Shown here one piece after another: positions 40,961 through 53,735 of a stretch of 64,000 nt of DNA (position 1 is its first letter; each line of letters starts with the position of its first letter). The DNA is taken from the NCBI GenBank assembly GCA_030141605.1, contig JAQGDQ010001042.1, forward strand, positions 1-64,000, in the 5' to 3' direction. Position numbers and translations under genes: made by a program. The stretch is from Tubiluchus corallicola (taxonomy: Eukaryota > Animalia > Priapulida). The notes under the pieces were generated by a model. It was not told the origin of the DNA. It saw only the letters and a list, made by a program, of their open reading frames with translations, and did not search any database.

Positions 40961-41569
40961 CACATCTGGTGGTACTCAGACGACAGATTGTCCAATAACA
41001 GGCAAGAGTGTTGGTACAAATGAAGAGAAGAGCCACCAGATCTCGAGGATATCGGTTTGAAAATTTATCCGTGTCCTACTCCAACACGGATCCCCGACGA
41101 TTCGGGGTTTATTTACCAAACCCAGCAGATGTTTAACATTCTCCGTTTCACAGACGTCTTTCGTACGATCCGACCAACATGTTGTTTTAGAGGAACAGGC
41201 AAACTTTTTGGAAATCCATCGGGAAGTGTTTCTGGGCGCACCACACACAACAAAAGTGGTAAGAAAAATAAACGTGATATGATGGTAGTCATCACACACT
41301 GGTACAGTCACTGAAGTTACAGTATCGGTAACCCGAAAAAAACAGTTACGAAAATAAAGCAAGATAAAAAACTACGTAGCAGGTCCTTAACCGAAGAGTA
41401 AGCATTGAGCTTTACACGAAAATCAATGTCTGGATCATATCATGTTGTGCTCAAGCGTCGGCACACATCACAATGTCCACATTCTGCAACCTCACGATCC
41501 AGTCTGAGGTATTCCATGAGGTTTTGCAAGAAATTGTGAGTAATAAGACTTTTGACGATTTTGCTGTGG

Positions 41570-41895
41570 GCACGTGCAGTGGCTGCAGGTCAAAGGTTAA
41601 GTGCACAACGACACGTGACATGTGTGTAAAGCAAAGCCGTCTGCTGCATCAGTTCAGTTACATCAGTTGTTTTACGTGGACTTTACTTAATTAAGCATTA
41701 GTCTACGCGTAGAGTGATTTATTGCTAGCAGGATATTGCTTGGAAACAAGAAAAAATGAACTAAGTAAGGTCTTGGCTAACCTTGTTAAAACTCTTACTA
41801 CTACAATAGCTTGGGCTGCAAGGCATTGTCAAGTGTACACAAATGCGTTGTCTGGTACACTTAACCTTTGACCTACAACAACTGCGCGTGCGCAC
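41570..41895. mobile_element. MITE family F (related pieces at about 54505-55075 and 56385-56850)
   Basis: Inverted ends ggtcaaaggttaagtg / cacttaacctttgacc; shared body. Confidence 0.65.
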
Positions 41896-42136
41896 AACGA
41901 AACCATGAAGTTTTCAACCTATTATTTAGTGATCAGAAATGCTTTGGCATTTTTATACGTGTTAAAATTTTACCGTCTTCAAAATGTTATAGGATATGAA
42001 AGACCGTCTTGTTTTGTTTTAAGGAAGTTGCACAACCAACAAGGTTTAATGGAAAGAACACTCACGAATGTAGTACGAACACGTAGCATTCTAGACCTTG
42101 TGGAAGTTAATCTTCGCATATATTAATTCTACTGGT

Positions 42137-42585
42137 ATATATATATATATATATACATTTATCATATATATATATTTGTTGCGATCTATACATCAAACGA
42201 AAGGTCTCGATCTAGTGTCGTGCCATTGATGGTTTATTTTTCGAATGGGGCCCACCACGAGGAAAGGGGGGCGAAAAACCTCCAAAAATGCCCATTTTCG
42301 GCCGTTTTTTGCAAAAGTTATACGGCTGAGATGTAGAGAACGGGAACGGGCCGAGGGTGGTCCTGGGTATGGATAGATAGCCCGTTCAGCGCTGGGTGTA
42401 GTAGGCATATTTAGAATTCCCGAGAGGGTCACGGCGTCCCGTAACGGGCGTTTTCCTGGACCCCAGTCGCGATTTTTTCAAAATTTTAGTCAAACAGCAT
42501 GCAGAAAAAACGTTCTAGCGGCGCCTGGGACTCTCGGAAGGAGATATATAGCTCTTCAGAAAGAGGAAGGACAGGGCCACACGAT
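42137..42585 (-). mobile_element. Second, inverted copy of the 36439-36920 repeat
   Basis: Reverse-complement similarity over more than 400 bp. Confidence 0.65.
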
Positions 42586-43848
42586 GATGTGGGTTATATT
42601 TTAGGACACGTCCACCAAAAGGAGTGACGCCGAGTTAATTAGATGTTCTTTTTTTGGAAATTTTCGCTTGTCAAGAAAAATGTTCTGAAATGTATTGCAG
42701 ATTAACGGCAAAAGATTAACACTCAAGATGTGACGACGCGTGGGCCGCGCGAATCCTTTTCATTCAGAGATTTAATCTGCTCAAGTGAAATCAATGAAGC
42801 CAGTCAGATGAAACCCTATATCGTATTTGCACAGAGCAACTAAACTTAACGAGGAAGCCGAATTTCACTTCAATCGAAAGTGAAATTGGACGAGAAGTGG
42901 AAGAGGAAGAGGGTGACACATGGTAACCATAGCAACAGGGTAAATTCAGGGGAGCGGGTAAGATTTTTCTATTTCAAAGAAGATTTGCAGTAACAAAGTT
43001 TAGCACAAATGAGAAGCTTCGCGTATGTCTTATTGAAAAGTGTCTCATTGCGTTATCACATCATTATTACTGTTAGTAGCACCAATCCTGAAATGAAATT
43101 GTACAGATTAATGTATATCATCTTTGAACCTAGCCACTGGGGGGGGGGGGCAAGCCAGCCCAACTCAGTACCGGTCCCAAGCCCGGATAAATAGGGAGGG
43201 TTAGGGTCAGGAAGGGGATACGCCTGTAAAAAATGCGCCAAAACCTTCTATGAATGAGTCCTCTTCTATAATGGGTTAGAATTTGTTATCTGTTTGTAAA
43301 ATAGAAAGAAAACTTTTTACACAAATGAAAATTTCCTTTCTAAAGTTTTTTGTTGCGCACTAGATGTCAGAAGTAATGCTAGCGATGAACAAATACGGAC
43401 TGTAAATTTCATGAAAGAAGTTATACGGGCTCTAGAACGTAATTGTTTTGATTTTTTTTTGACAGGAATGAGTTGTACGCCATACTAACATATCTTACTC
43501 TCACTTAACTGTACATATTCACATTGTTTACTAATCTTGTTAATTAATGTTATTTTGCTTGTTGATCTGTTTGTTTATTTGATGTGATTGTACCATAAAA
43601 ATGATATATATATATATACATATATAGGGATACAAAAACTGTAGAAACAGTTTGTTTTTAAATACAGTTATTTGTTTGTTTTGATGTCTGTGGATACCAA
43701 TATTGTTTTTAGCAGCTTCCTGTAATGTCGATATACCTATACTGAATAAATTTTAGAAAACATCCTCGATGTAATTTGACACAAGGAAAAGTTGATTATG
43801 ACAAGACTATGGATGAACGAATTCATTCCAACAAAGTGCCTAATTTAT

Positions 43849-44036
43849 GATTACAACGATCACTCTGGGTACCACGGTCCTCTCTCGTATGATTACCAAC
43901 AACGATCACTCTGGGTACCACGGTCCTCTCTCGTTTGATTACCAACAACGATCACTCTGGGTACCACGGTCCTCTCTCGTTTGATTACCAACAACGATCA
44001 CTCTGGGTACCACGGTCCTCTGTCATTTGATTACCA
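43849..44036. repeat. 46-bp tandem repeat x4
   Basis: caacgatcactctgggtaccacggtcctctctcgtttgattaccaa. Confidence 0.93.
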
Positions 44037-44352
44037 TAATTTCCTGTTCTTAAAGACCAACGAGCAGGCCTGTCCTAACAACCTTGGGTAAATAACAATG
44101 TCGCAAAGACTCATGAAAGGCCAAAAATTTCAATCACGCGTTTCCCAGAACCTTCTCAACCCAGGAAGTGACTGTGCAGTCTATCATAAACTCACATCGT
44201 GATTACAGACTGAGATTTGTGAACCATAAGGGGCATTTGTTAAAGTTTAAGTGGATCATTTGTCAGAATAGGCTGGCGGTCTGGGAATGTACTAACGAGG
44301 GGCTTGTGGGGTGGTTCTGATGGCAGGAAATGCAGGAAGTGGAGGAAGATAT

Positions 44353-44817
44353 TTAACCCTTTCATACCTGTTGTATCCCGTGGGATACGAGAATATTTTC
44401 TGCCTTTAAAATTAATAAAATTTTAAAACTGACATTTATTTGATCTGTTAATAGTTATTTTGATTTAAGCCAATAACAATAGACTAAAATGGTGATAAAA
44501 TGGCAAACTAGAAAATCTACATTGCATAAAAAACTGCGCAAGGTACAGTACTTTAGAGACAACTTTGTACAGATCAGCATAGCATGCATACTAAATGTCT
44601 TAAATACTTTAAATAATTATCAGCAGTTGCAAAATGAAGCACATTTCATGCTTCCATTGAATCCCAATGTATCAGGTGGGATACAGGCTATATTTAGCAC
44701 GATGGCACAGGTAGAAAAAATAATTATTATGTGTAAACAAGATGGACATACTGAACAAAAGTGCCAAGCCAAAAAAAATTTCTTATTAAAAAAATAATTT
44801 GGGACTGAAAGGGTTAA
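44353..44817. mobile_element. piggyBac-like MITE
   Basis: TTAA|CCCTTTCA...TGAAAGGG|TTAA. Confidence 0.75.
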
Positions 44818-45493
44818 CTGTAGAGTTGATTTAAACTGATTGGTGTGTCAGTAGCAAAAGAAAGAGACAAGACAGACTATGCCAGTTTGGAAAAACCAGA
44901 TTATCTGTTGCTGATCGTCGTCATGGCAACAATGATGAAGATGATACACCCTAGCGGGTTTGATTTCACTGCAGTGCACGTATTTCATTTCTGTAATGGA
45001 AGCAATTTTGAGCTCACCTGTCAATCATGCTAATCGTTCTTTTGGGGATAATTCATTACAAACCTGTAAATATTTGACTGTTAACTGGAGAGTTCCTTAC
45101 ACTAACTTTACAGTTTAATGCTACGCACCAGCCAATAGTAGACGGACGAGAGCGGGGAGTTCAATTGCGTTTGTCTGTCTGTCTGTGTGTCTACCCGCAC
45201 AATAAAATTATAACAGGTAAACTATAACAGGAAGACAAAACTAGACAGTGGGGATGAACCAGAAAGCTGGGTCAAGGGTCAAGGACACCACTGAAAATAA
45301 AACGAATGAAGCTATAATTGCCCAATTTGGTCCAGATAGGGAAAAGATAACCAGGAAAGTTGGAAGCGCACCGGTTCAAAACTCAAAGGAAGAGGTCACA
45401 AGAGCAACAAATTTCAAAATAAAATGTTTGTCCACAGTGACTTAATGTCAACGTGTGGGTGCATTTTTATTTTAAACATGTTTTTTTTCGGTT

Positions 45494-46095
45494 CAGTGGT
45501 GGCTCGTTACTAAAATTAGTGAGTGAGGGGGGTTGCTGCTTTTTAGTCATTGTTTAATACTGTGTAAAACGTAACAAACGTGTAATTTTAATGTTGTAGT
45601 TTTCTTTGAAGATCAGGTGTTGACCAACCTCTTTTCTTAACTGCAACTTTCTCATGGAGAGACAACTGTGAAAAATTAAGCTGTTCTAGTTCACTTTCAG
45701 TCACAGAACTTATTTCTTGGGGATGCAAGACGTTCATAATTTACGTTTTAAGCACACAGGCTAAGTTTACACTTTATCATATCCAAGAATATGATGTTAC
45801 ACGGTAAGCACGTGGCAATTGTTACTGTGTAGGAGACAGTACTTTTCTACTTAGCAACAGACGACGTATAGCGTACAGCGTGTTATCTCAGACATGCGCA
45901 TGACCGCATGCGCACAACAGCCAAACGCCACGTTGCTTAGGCTGTGAAGCAAACAGTACTACCCTCACGTACTCCGGTTGTGCACAAGTAAAAAAAGAAC
46001 TAAAGAAAAAAGACTTATATTGAATATTATCCACAATAATGAGTGAAAACAGGGGGTGCTGCAGTACCCCAGTACCTACACGAGCCGCGCCATTG
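45494..46095 (+). mobile_element. Old hAT-like MITE
   Basis: Imperfect TIRs CAGTGGTGGCTCGT / ACGAGCCGCGCCATTG; related to the element at 2583. Confidence 0.6.
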
Positions 46096-46329
46096 TTTGG
46101 TTTGAAGCACACAGTTCATTACAACCGATACATAGATTCTCCCCAAAATACAATACAAAAATAACATGCCAGATTTACATTTGAAGTTAACATGGATTAG
46201 TAGGCCCATAGTTACCATTGAAAATAACAAAACATGACTGCTCAATACATACTAGGTTCATAATACAGCATATACAGCATATTTAACATTTAAGTACATA
46301 CATCGTGTTTGTTTACGTGGTTGTATAAC

Positions 46330-46880
46330 TGTGTTAGTTAATAAAAACTTACACTGCTAAAGGCAAATGTGTCAGTGTAATCTAAACTACTGTGCAGTAA
46401 TGGAAAGTAACGACGAATAAAATCAAACATATTTACAACTATGCACAAAAAAATGAAAAAATTATGATTAAATTAATATGGCCATGGATATATGAATTCT
46501 GAATTAGTGTGTATGTTGTCGTGTTGGTGTGATGGTATTTCATAACTGGTTAATATTAGTGATTTTAATTTTGTTTAAATGCTGATAGGGACTTGATTTG
46601 TTTAACCAGTAATGGTAGAGAATTCCAAAGCAGAATTGCTTGTTTGATTACACAGTTCGTTCCGTGGTGGGTATTTGTCCTAATTTGTTTTAGATTGCTT
46701 GTTCTGGAATTAACGATAGGATTTGGAAAAAAGGTAAATCTGTTATTCTGGAATGGTTTGCTGATGTTGTTAATGTATTTAAATATAAAAAGCAGAGTAA
46801 AATATTCTTTGTGTGCTTCAATGATTGGGAATTTTTAAGTTTTTCTCAGGTTAGTTGTTGACCTTTTCTAGCTTTATTTA
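46330..46880 (-). mobile_element. L2/CR1-group LINE 3' fragment
   Basis: ...KQAILLWNSLPLLVKQIKSLSAFK..., and a 3' UTR shared with the 7408 and 57930 copies. Confidence 0.8.
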
Positions 46881-47152
46881 TTTATTTATTTATTTAGTGG
46901 GCCATTCTAGTTTAAAGTGCAAAGATTTGCAGAGAAGAAACTTCGGTATTTAATAACGACTGTCTATGTCAACTTTGCCAAAACCCAAGTGCCCGGATGA
47001 CCTCTTCGTGGGGCGCTATCCACGGGTTGATGGTGTGAATTCGTGTGGCTTCGCTCGTCGCTGTCAGTTTACATAATTAACGTGGAGATCAATGGCTTCG
47101 GAAAACCACACATACCACTGACCTGTTTACGCAATCACTGAGTAAACATTGA

Positions 47153-47688
47153 GCAGCCCCTGGGGAAATTAGAGAATCCAGAGGAGCCCTAACAGAGGGA
47201 TGGAAAAGAGGGACTCTTCGACTTGGGTTTGGGCAAAGAGAACTCACACAGATACTGAGACGACTAGGCAGCCCCTGGGAAATTAGAGAATCCAGAGGAG
47301 CCCCAACAGAGGGGCAGAAAAGAGGGACTCATAGGCCTGGGTTTGGGCAAAGAGAACTGATGGAGATACTGAGACGACTAAGCAGCCCCGGGAAAATAGG
47401 AGAATCCAGAGGAGCCTTACAAAGGGGTGGAAAAGGCCAACTCAGATACTGAGACGACTAAGCAGGCCCGGGGCAATTGGAGAATCCAGAGGAGTCCTAA
47501 CAGAGGGGCAGAAAAGAGGGACTCTTCGACTTGGGTTTGGGCAAAGAGAACTGATGGAGATACTGAGACGACTAGGTAGCCCCGGGGATATTGGAGAATC
47601 CACAGGAGCCCCAACAGAGGGGCGGAAATGAGGGACTCTTCGACTTGGGTTTGAGCAAAGAGAACTGATGGAGATACTGAGACGACTA
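47153..47688. repeat. About 114-bp tandem repeat, about 5 units (one shortened)
   Basis: gcagccc...gagaatccagaggagcc...gatactgagacgacta. Confidence 0.88.
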
Positions 47689-48503
47689 CATGCTTTTAAG
47701 AATTTGTTTAATACCAAGTGATACGGAAATACAGACTGTTTCTATATCAAATTTAAACCCGTCTGGCCTAACGCTTATAAAATGACCTCTTTCATACACT
47801 CAAACTCTTCACCACTTTGTAGGAAGCAGAACAAATGATTGGCCATCCAAAGAGAAACCCCACGAAAATGTTGAAATGGGGAGCTCCTTAATGGCTCGAT
47901 GTGACTTGAGATATTTGTATACATTTTACTTCTGAACTGAAACTGTAAACTTTTTACACTTCTTACTTTTTATTGGAATACTTCAATTGTTATTTTATTT
48001 AAGAGGAACACGCCACCACGTTCCTGGCAGAAAAAGGGCTTTGCGAATATTCTTCCTTATTAAATATAATGGTTGTTGGTTGCCATTCCTCTGTCTCGGA
48101 AGACAATGGAGTGTGCGAAAAAAAGAGTCAGCTATTGATCACATTGATGGAGCTGCAGCATCGACTGTGGCTGAGCAGTGCGATACTTGAACGTCTCCAG
48201 GGCGCACGTCTGGGCAAGGTGTATGGAGATCCTGAGTTGCCCAGACAACAGGAACCCACTCTCTTCCTCCGTGGTGTAGTCCAAAGGAAAGCGGAGTGAT
48301 ACGTTTGGCACCAGGTTGGCTGCAGGAGCTGCCGGAGTCAGTGAGCATGCTGCACTGGTCCGCCTTCGGAGCTCCACTCCTGATTTGGAAGGTTTACTCC
48401 TCTACACATGGCCATTGGGTCACTTGACCTCCTCCGCCCTCTAGCCATTGGCTGCTTGTACAGCTCCTCCGCCTAGTGTCGAGATACAGCGTGGGCATCC
48501 CGC

Positions 48504-48620
48504 AAGCCTACAGCACCAGGTACTCCTAGGCGGTCACCCATCCAAGCACTAACCAGTGCTCTACATTGCTTAACTTCGGTGAGAACGAGAACCGGTGTTT
48601 TCAACGTGATTTGGCCGTAG
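48504..48620 (-). pseudogene. Near full-length 5S rRNA-derived sequence (pseudogene or SINE3-type head)
   Basis: Minus strand CTACGGCCAAATCACGTTGAAAACACCGGTTCTCGTTCTCACCGAAGTTAAGCAATG...GTTAGTGCTTGGATGGGTGACCGCCTAGGAGTACCTGGTGCTGTAGGCTT; has substitutions and indels and no oligo-T terminator. Confidence 0.9.
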
Positions 48621-49311
48621 TATTAAAGGCAAGGGTTAAATATAATATACAGCTAAAAAGTCTCTAGGTTCCAGTCATCAAATTTGTTATAAAACCTTAT
48701 TAAATGGGTGAATCTCTTAATAAATGCCATAACAGTTGTAAACCTACCCAAAGACACAAAACACCATTTCTTTCTACGCTACACATGTCCTCTTACCATG
48801 GCTTCCATTTGCGATTAAAATCGCTGAAGCCTCAGTAGTAAATTCTTTGGAGCATAAATATATGTACGACAGTATTTATTAGTCTTCCAACGTAAGAAAC
48901 ATCTCCCAGTCTCTCGTTACCAAGGCATTCGGTGAGAATGGAGTGATACCCAGCAGCAGCAGCAGTGGTTGCTATGCATTCCATTCAGTAAAATGAAACC
49001 ACTAACATTGCCAAACTTTCTACAGTAAGTTTCAAAGATTTTGAAGACAAGCAGTACTGACTTGGCTTCCGAAAAACTACTGACACAGCAAACTGCAAAG
49101 CAAAATGCCAGGCGTCTTGCAGATAAATGCTGCACTGGACTGAAATGTGAATTTCTAGGGACGGGCAAATGGCAATGGAACAGCAAAGTGATCATGACGT
49201 GTGCTTGTTATGATAAAACAGCACTGTGCCTGTTTGGCAAATGGAATGGTAGCTGCTAGAAGAGCTGCTTTCTGGGATTTTCCATCTGTCATATTTGTGT
49301 TCTATATGAGT

Positions 49312-49673
49312 CGGTGAGACTTGAAGGGAAAGTCCACAAAGAAGTGGTCAGACCCGCTCTAATCTATGGGCTGGAAGCAGCTTCTCTAAAGAAGACCGAA
49401 GAGAAGAAAATGGGTGGGGTGGAGATGAGGATGTTGAGCTGGATGGTGGGAATAACAAGAAGAGATAAAATTAGAAATAATAGTATCAGAGGAACGGTAA
49501 AAGTAGTGGAAGCCTCGCAAGATTGCGATGGTATGGACACCTGAAAAGAAGAGTCGGTGAAGATCATGTGGGAAGGGAAGACATAAATGAAGAGATGGTC
49601 AACAACAGGAATGCGTGGAGAACACTCATTCACAACGGCGACCCCGAATAGAGGAAAGCTGGGAAGAAGAAGA
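49312..49673 (+). mobile_element. RTE-clade LINE 3' fragment
   Basis: KVHKEVVRPALIYGLE...EMRMLSWMVGITRRDKIRN; ends ggcgacccc...(gaa)3. Confidence 0.85.
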
Positions 49674-50067
49674 TATTTGTGTTCTACATTCAAAGATCTC
49701 ACCTGAGAGAATTATCCTTTGTAAAATGAGTTAGATTCAACCGTCACAACCCCTCAACATAGTCACGTGTCTTGGTACTGAGTAATGGATGTTAATTTGT
49801 TATGTGGTGAAAAGGATTAAAAAATAATAATAATAATAAAAAAGATCCACAATGTGAGGAAGAAAATACCAAGTCCTTAAAAAGTCACTCACTGCCAGCT
49901 AGGCTGTATTTTATGTTGATGAAATCTCATATTTAGATATAAAGACTTCTGACTTGCTTCTACTGTACTAAAAACCCATTGCTAGTACAGAATTCTGTAA
50001 AGAAGCAGCAATGTAGAAAACTAGAAAAGCACCGCAACTCAGCTCACAAAAAAGCCAAAACTTATTC

Positions 50068-50624
50068 TTAAAGAAAAACCGGACGATTGTGTAAACACGA
50101 GATCAGAATAAAGAATGCACTAAAATATTGAAACCTACAATAGCTTTCTTTAAATCAAAACTTAGATTAAATGATAATTACCTTGGATACTCAAATTTTG
50201 TTAAACTTTCAAAGCTGCGCGCGGCTCAGTGAATCTACTAAGATTGGCAACGGCGCCTTTTTGTCACATTCGCGTGGCCGACAAATAGAAGGCGTAATAA
50301 CCATGATCATGAACTGCAGTGTTAGTTTTTGATGTCATATGATGTACAGCCTCTTTTTCTTGACATCATGCATTTAAACAGTACCGTAACACTTATGCAA
50401 ATGTGCTTGATGCGCTGCCAGACGTTAAGACGCCTGCCATTGCACAAATTGTGGTTAGTTTCTGACGTAAGCAATAGCTGTGTTCGCTTGCTGTTAATTA
50501 ACTTTCTTAGCTAATTATTCAAATATAAGAAACAAATGTTAACATTTATAGGCAAGAAAATGTATATTTTGGATACTTAATTAAAATGAGATTGAGTCTA
50601 AAAAGTCGTCCAGTTTTCTTTTAA
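50068..50624 (-). mobile_element. Kolobok-like MITE family D copy 3 (inverted)
   Basis: TTAA at both ends; reverse complement of the 27295 copy. Confidence 0.82.
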
Positions 50625-50922
50625 AGTTACTATAGTTGCCAAATCATCTATTTGACAAATCCATTCGTTCACACCAGACCCAACAAGGACCAGTTAGATG
50701 TACCTTTATTTACAGTCTGAAGAACAAGACCAGTAGCAACACAGGTGAAGAGTACAAGGTTCATTATATTGGCTATTGAAACAGGAAGCCATCTTCAGAG
50801 AAAAAAGTTTCTTACTAACCAACGCTTGTGTTTACTTTCTAAAGAAACATCTATTGAAGACGATCAGTAGTATTTCTTAAATGAATTGTGAAAAATATAG
50901 TAAAATGGACAGAAAAAACCCT

Positions 50923-51353
50923 TCACTGATATTTCAAGCGTATGTCCTGACTTTACAACTGTGAGCAATGATCACTGATATTTCAAGCGTATGTCCTGAC
51001 TTTACAACTGTGAGCAATGATCACTGATATTTCAAGCGTATGTCCTGACTTTACAACTGTGAGCAATGATCACTGATATTTCAAGTATGTCCTGACTTTA
51101 CAACTGTGAGCAATGATCAGAAATATTTCAAGCGTATGTCCTGACTTTACAACTGTGAGCAATGATCACTGATATTTCAAGTATGTCCTGACTTTACAAC
51201 TGTGAGCAATGATCACTGATATTTCAAGCGCATGTCCTGACTTTACAACTGTGAGCAATGATCACTGATATTTCAAGCGCATGTCCTGACTTTACAACTG
51301 TGAGCAATGATCACTGATATTTCAAGCGTATGTCCTGACTTTACAACTGTGAG
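50923..51353. repeat. 49-bp tandem repeat, about 9 copies
   Basis: tcactgatatttcaagcgtatgtcctgactttacaactgtgagcaatga. Confidence 0.94.
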
Positions 51354-51944
51354 TATACATCACAAATATTTGTTTTTGGCAGGAAGCAACGACAAAGAAA
51401 TAATAATTGTTTGTAGGAAAGTAAAGTATGAAGCTGTGTTTATGGCATACAACAAGATTTGAAGTTATTTCTGTTTCGTAATGTGATATGTACCATGTTG
51501 TACTTAGATAATTTTTTTTTTGATATTTTGTATGTAATGTACGTGTGTTCTTCTAAGCATGTTTTCACCCAATAAACTAAAAATTATTATCAAAGTTAGC
51601 TGATAATAATAATTCAACTTCAATTCATTTTCTTTTCAATGTTTCTGCCTTTAGATGGGCGCCACTCAGTTACGGCTGCTGTAATTTTATCTGTCATAAC
51701 GTCAGAGAAAGATAGATGGAGGGTGAAAAAGTACGCTCGAACGACTACAGGCGCGACACGCCAATTTAGAGAAAATCACATCCGATTACCCCACAACCGC
51801 CATCCATTCAGGAAGCTGGGGAAGCTGGGGCCGTGAAGCCAACCTTGTCACCTGATTGGCTTCAACATGCTTTTACAGAAAAGATCACCACTTACTACGA
51901 AATTCGGTTTTTCTCTGACATAAAGCGTAAACGTTCGATTAGAT

Positions 51945-52195
51945 GGTATAGTTTGTGGTAACGCATCTGCTTTCTGTCTGCGAGGTCGTGAGTTCGCTTC
52001 CGCAGCCGGATCATACAAAAGACTTGAAAAATACTGTTGCCCTGCTTGGTGCGTGGTATTTAGGGTAAAAGAGGGGTAATAATAGTCTCTGTTATGCATT
52101 TGTAGTTTGTTAGTTACAATCGTAGATGAAAGTCTCACAGCCCGCTGGTGCTGTCTGTTGAATTAGATCCGACTTTGAATAAAGGTTACTATTAT
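51945..52195 (+). mobile_element. tRNA-derived SINE, followed by a (ATATC/ATGTC)n pentamer tract to about 52450
   Basis: A-box-like TAGTTTGTGGTAA, B-box-like GAGTTCG, then a tcatacaaaagacttgaaaaat core; second copy at 63552-63722. Confidence 0.75.
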
Positions 52196-52609
52196 ATCAT
52201 ATCATGATATATCATGTCATGTCATGTCATGTCATGTCATGTCATATCAAATCATGCCCTATCATATCAAGTCATATCATGTCAAGTCATATCATGTCAT
52301 ATCATATCATGCCATATCATATCATGCTATATCATATCAAGTCATATCATATCAAGTCATATCACATCATATCATATCATATCTTATCATACCAAGTCAC
52401 ATCACATCACACCCACACCACACCACACCACACCACATCATATCATATTATTACTATTGTTACATAATATTATTAATTGAAATCTGCAAAAAACTCGAAG
52501 TAAATTAAATGCAAAAAACTTGTGTCTGCTTACTTCATTCATCCTTTGCGATTGCGATACTCGACTCTCTCCACCTATCAGAGGCGGGCACCTTTATAGG
52601 GTACAAAGT

Positions 52610-53000
52610 CTATTCTTCTATAACGCTGATCTTTTAGTTGTCTTTTCCAAGTTTAATGTCTTTATCCTGTATTCCATGCATTCGTTCACTAGATTTCTAA
52701 TTTCTAGCAATCCTTTCTTTTCACTGTTTATTAATACATCTGAGTTCAAAATTTTTTTCCATTCTCCATATCTGTCACATCTAAGCATATGTTCAGTAGC
52801 ATCATCATCTTCCCCGCACACTGGGCATAATAACTGATCCTTAAACTCATTCTTGTAGTTTCCTTTAACTTTAATCATATTCAGTCTTATTTTCAATATA
52901 TCTTTAACCTCTTCTGGCTTGCATGTGTCTATGTAATTTTTTCGTTTCCACTCGGTATGCCTTAAAAATCTTAATTTAGTGCTGCTCCTGCATTTATCTG
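52610..53000 (-). mobile_element. LINE C-terminal fragment with CCHC motif
   Basis: RLNMIKVKGNYK...CPVCGEDDDATEHMLRC. Confidence 0.75.
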
Positions 53001-53009
53001 CACATTAAT

Positions 53010-53735
53010 TCTTTATACAACATTCAATCTTACCCATATCTAATATATGGCATCATGTCTTGGGGTGGTGTATATAAAAGTAATCTGGAAGCTTTACAAA
53101 TTACCCAGAACAAAATTCTCAAACTGATATACCATGTAAGGTATGACCATCCCACAAATATAATTTACTTGTCTGTTAAAACTCTTAAAGTGAAAGAAAT
53201 ATATGACATATATTGTCTTCATTTCATGTATCACTATCATAATTCACTACTTCCACCAGCTTTTCAGTCATACTTTAGTCCAGTTTCAAATCAACATGAT
53301 CATTACACAAGATATTCAGTCGAAAACTATGTACTCCCTCTCCCAAAAACAAATATAATGAAACAGTCGTCAAAATATAATGCTATTAAAATATGGTCAT
53401 CAATTCCGCGTGAAATGAAAACTCTTAATCTTTATCAATTTAAAAAAGCATCAAAAAATTACCAACTACAACGGTATAATTAACTCACAATTTTACTCAT
53501 CCTGATCTTAAGTTACTAACAAAACTTATTTTGTTCTAATGTACGTTATAACTGATGAAAATGTAATGTTAATTGTCAATTGTTTCACTTATCTGGAGGA
53601 GGACTCGAAAGCTCAATGCTCCTTCCCCCGTTCCTCACAGTAACTCGCATAGTTTATTTTTTTTCAATGTAATAACAATTTATATGTATGTTTGAGTTGC
53701 TGTGGAATAAATTCATAATTCTTTATTTCTTTCTT
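53010..53735 (+). mobile_element. L2/Crack-group LINE 3' fragment
   Basis: YGIMSWGG...LQITQNKILKLI...HDHYTRY...IKIWSSIP...FKK; 3' UTR with AATAAA at about 53707. Confidence 0.82.

Noticed and set aside
40976-41362. 128-aa minus-strand ORF as a kinase N-terminal exon
   Set aside because: No recognisable similarity and no convincing phase-compatible donor; it may still be UTR or regulatory sequence.
43126-43242. RTE/SINE-like fragment (cggtcccaagcccggataaatagggagggtt) as a possible ribozyme
   Set aside because: Short and degenerate; I could not build a convincing HDV-like fold by eye.
48504-48620. Functional 5S rRNA gene
   Set aside because: Single copy, several substitutions and indels, and no Pol III terminator.
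51945-52010. tRNA gene (also at about 63655-63722)
   Set aside because: No complete cloverleaf; it continues into a shared SINE body and tail.
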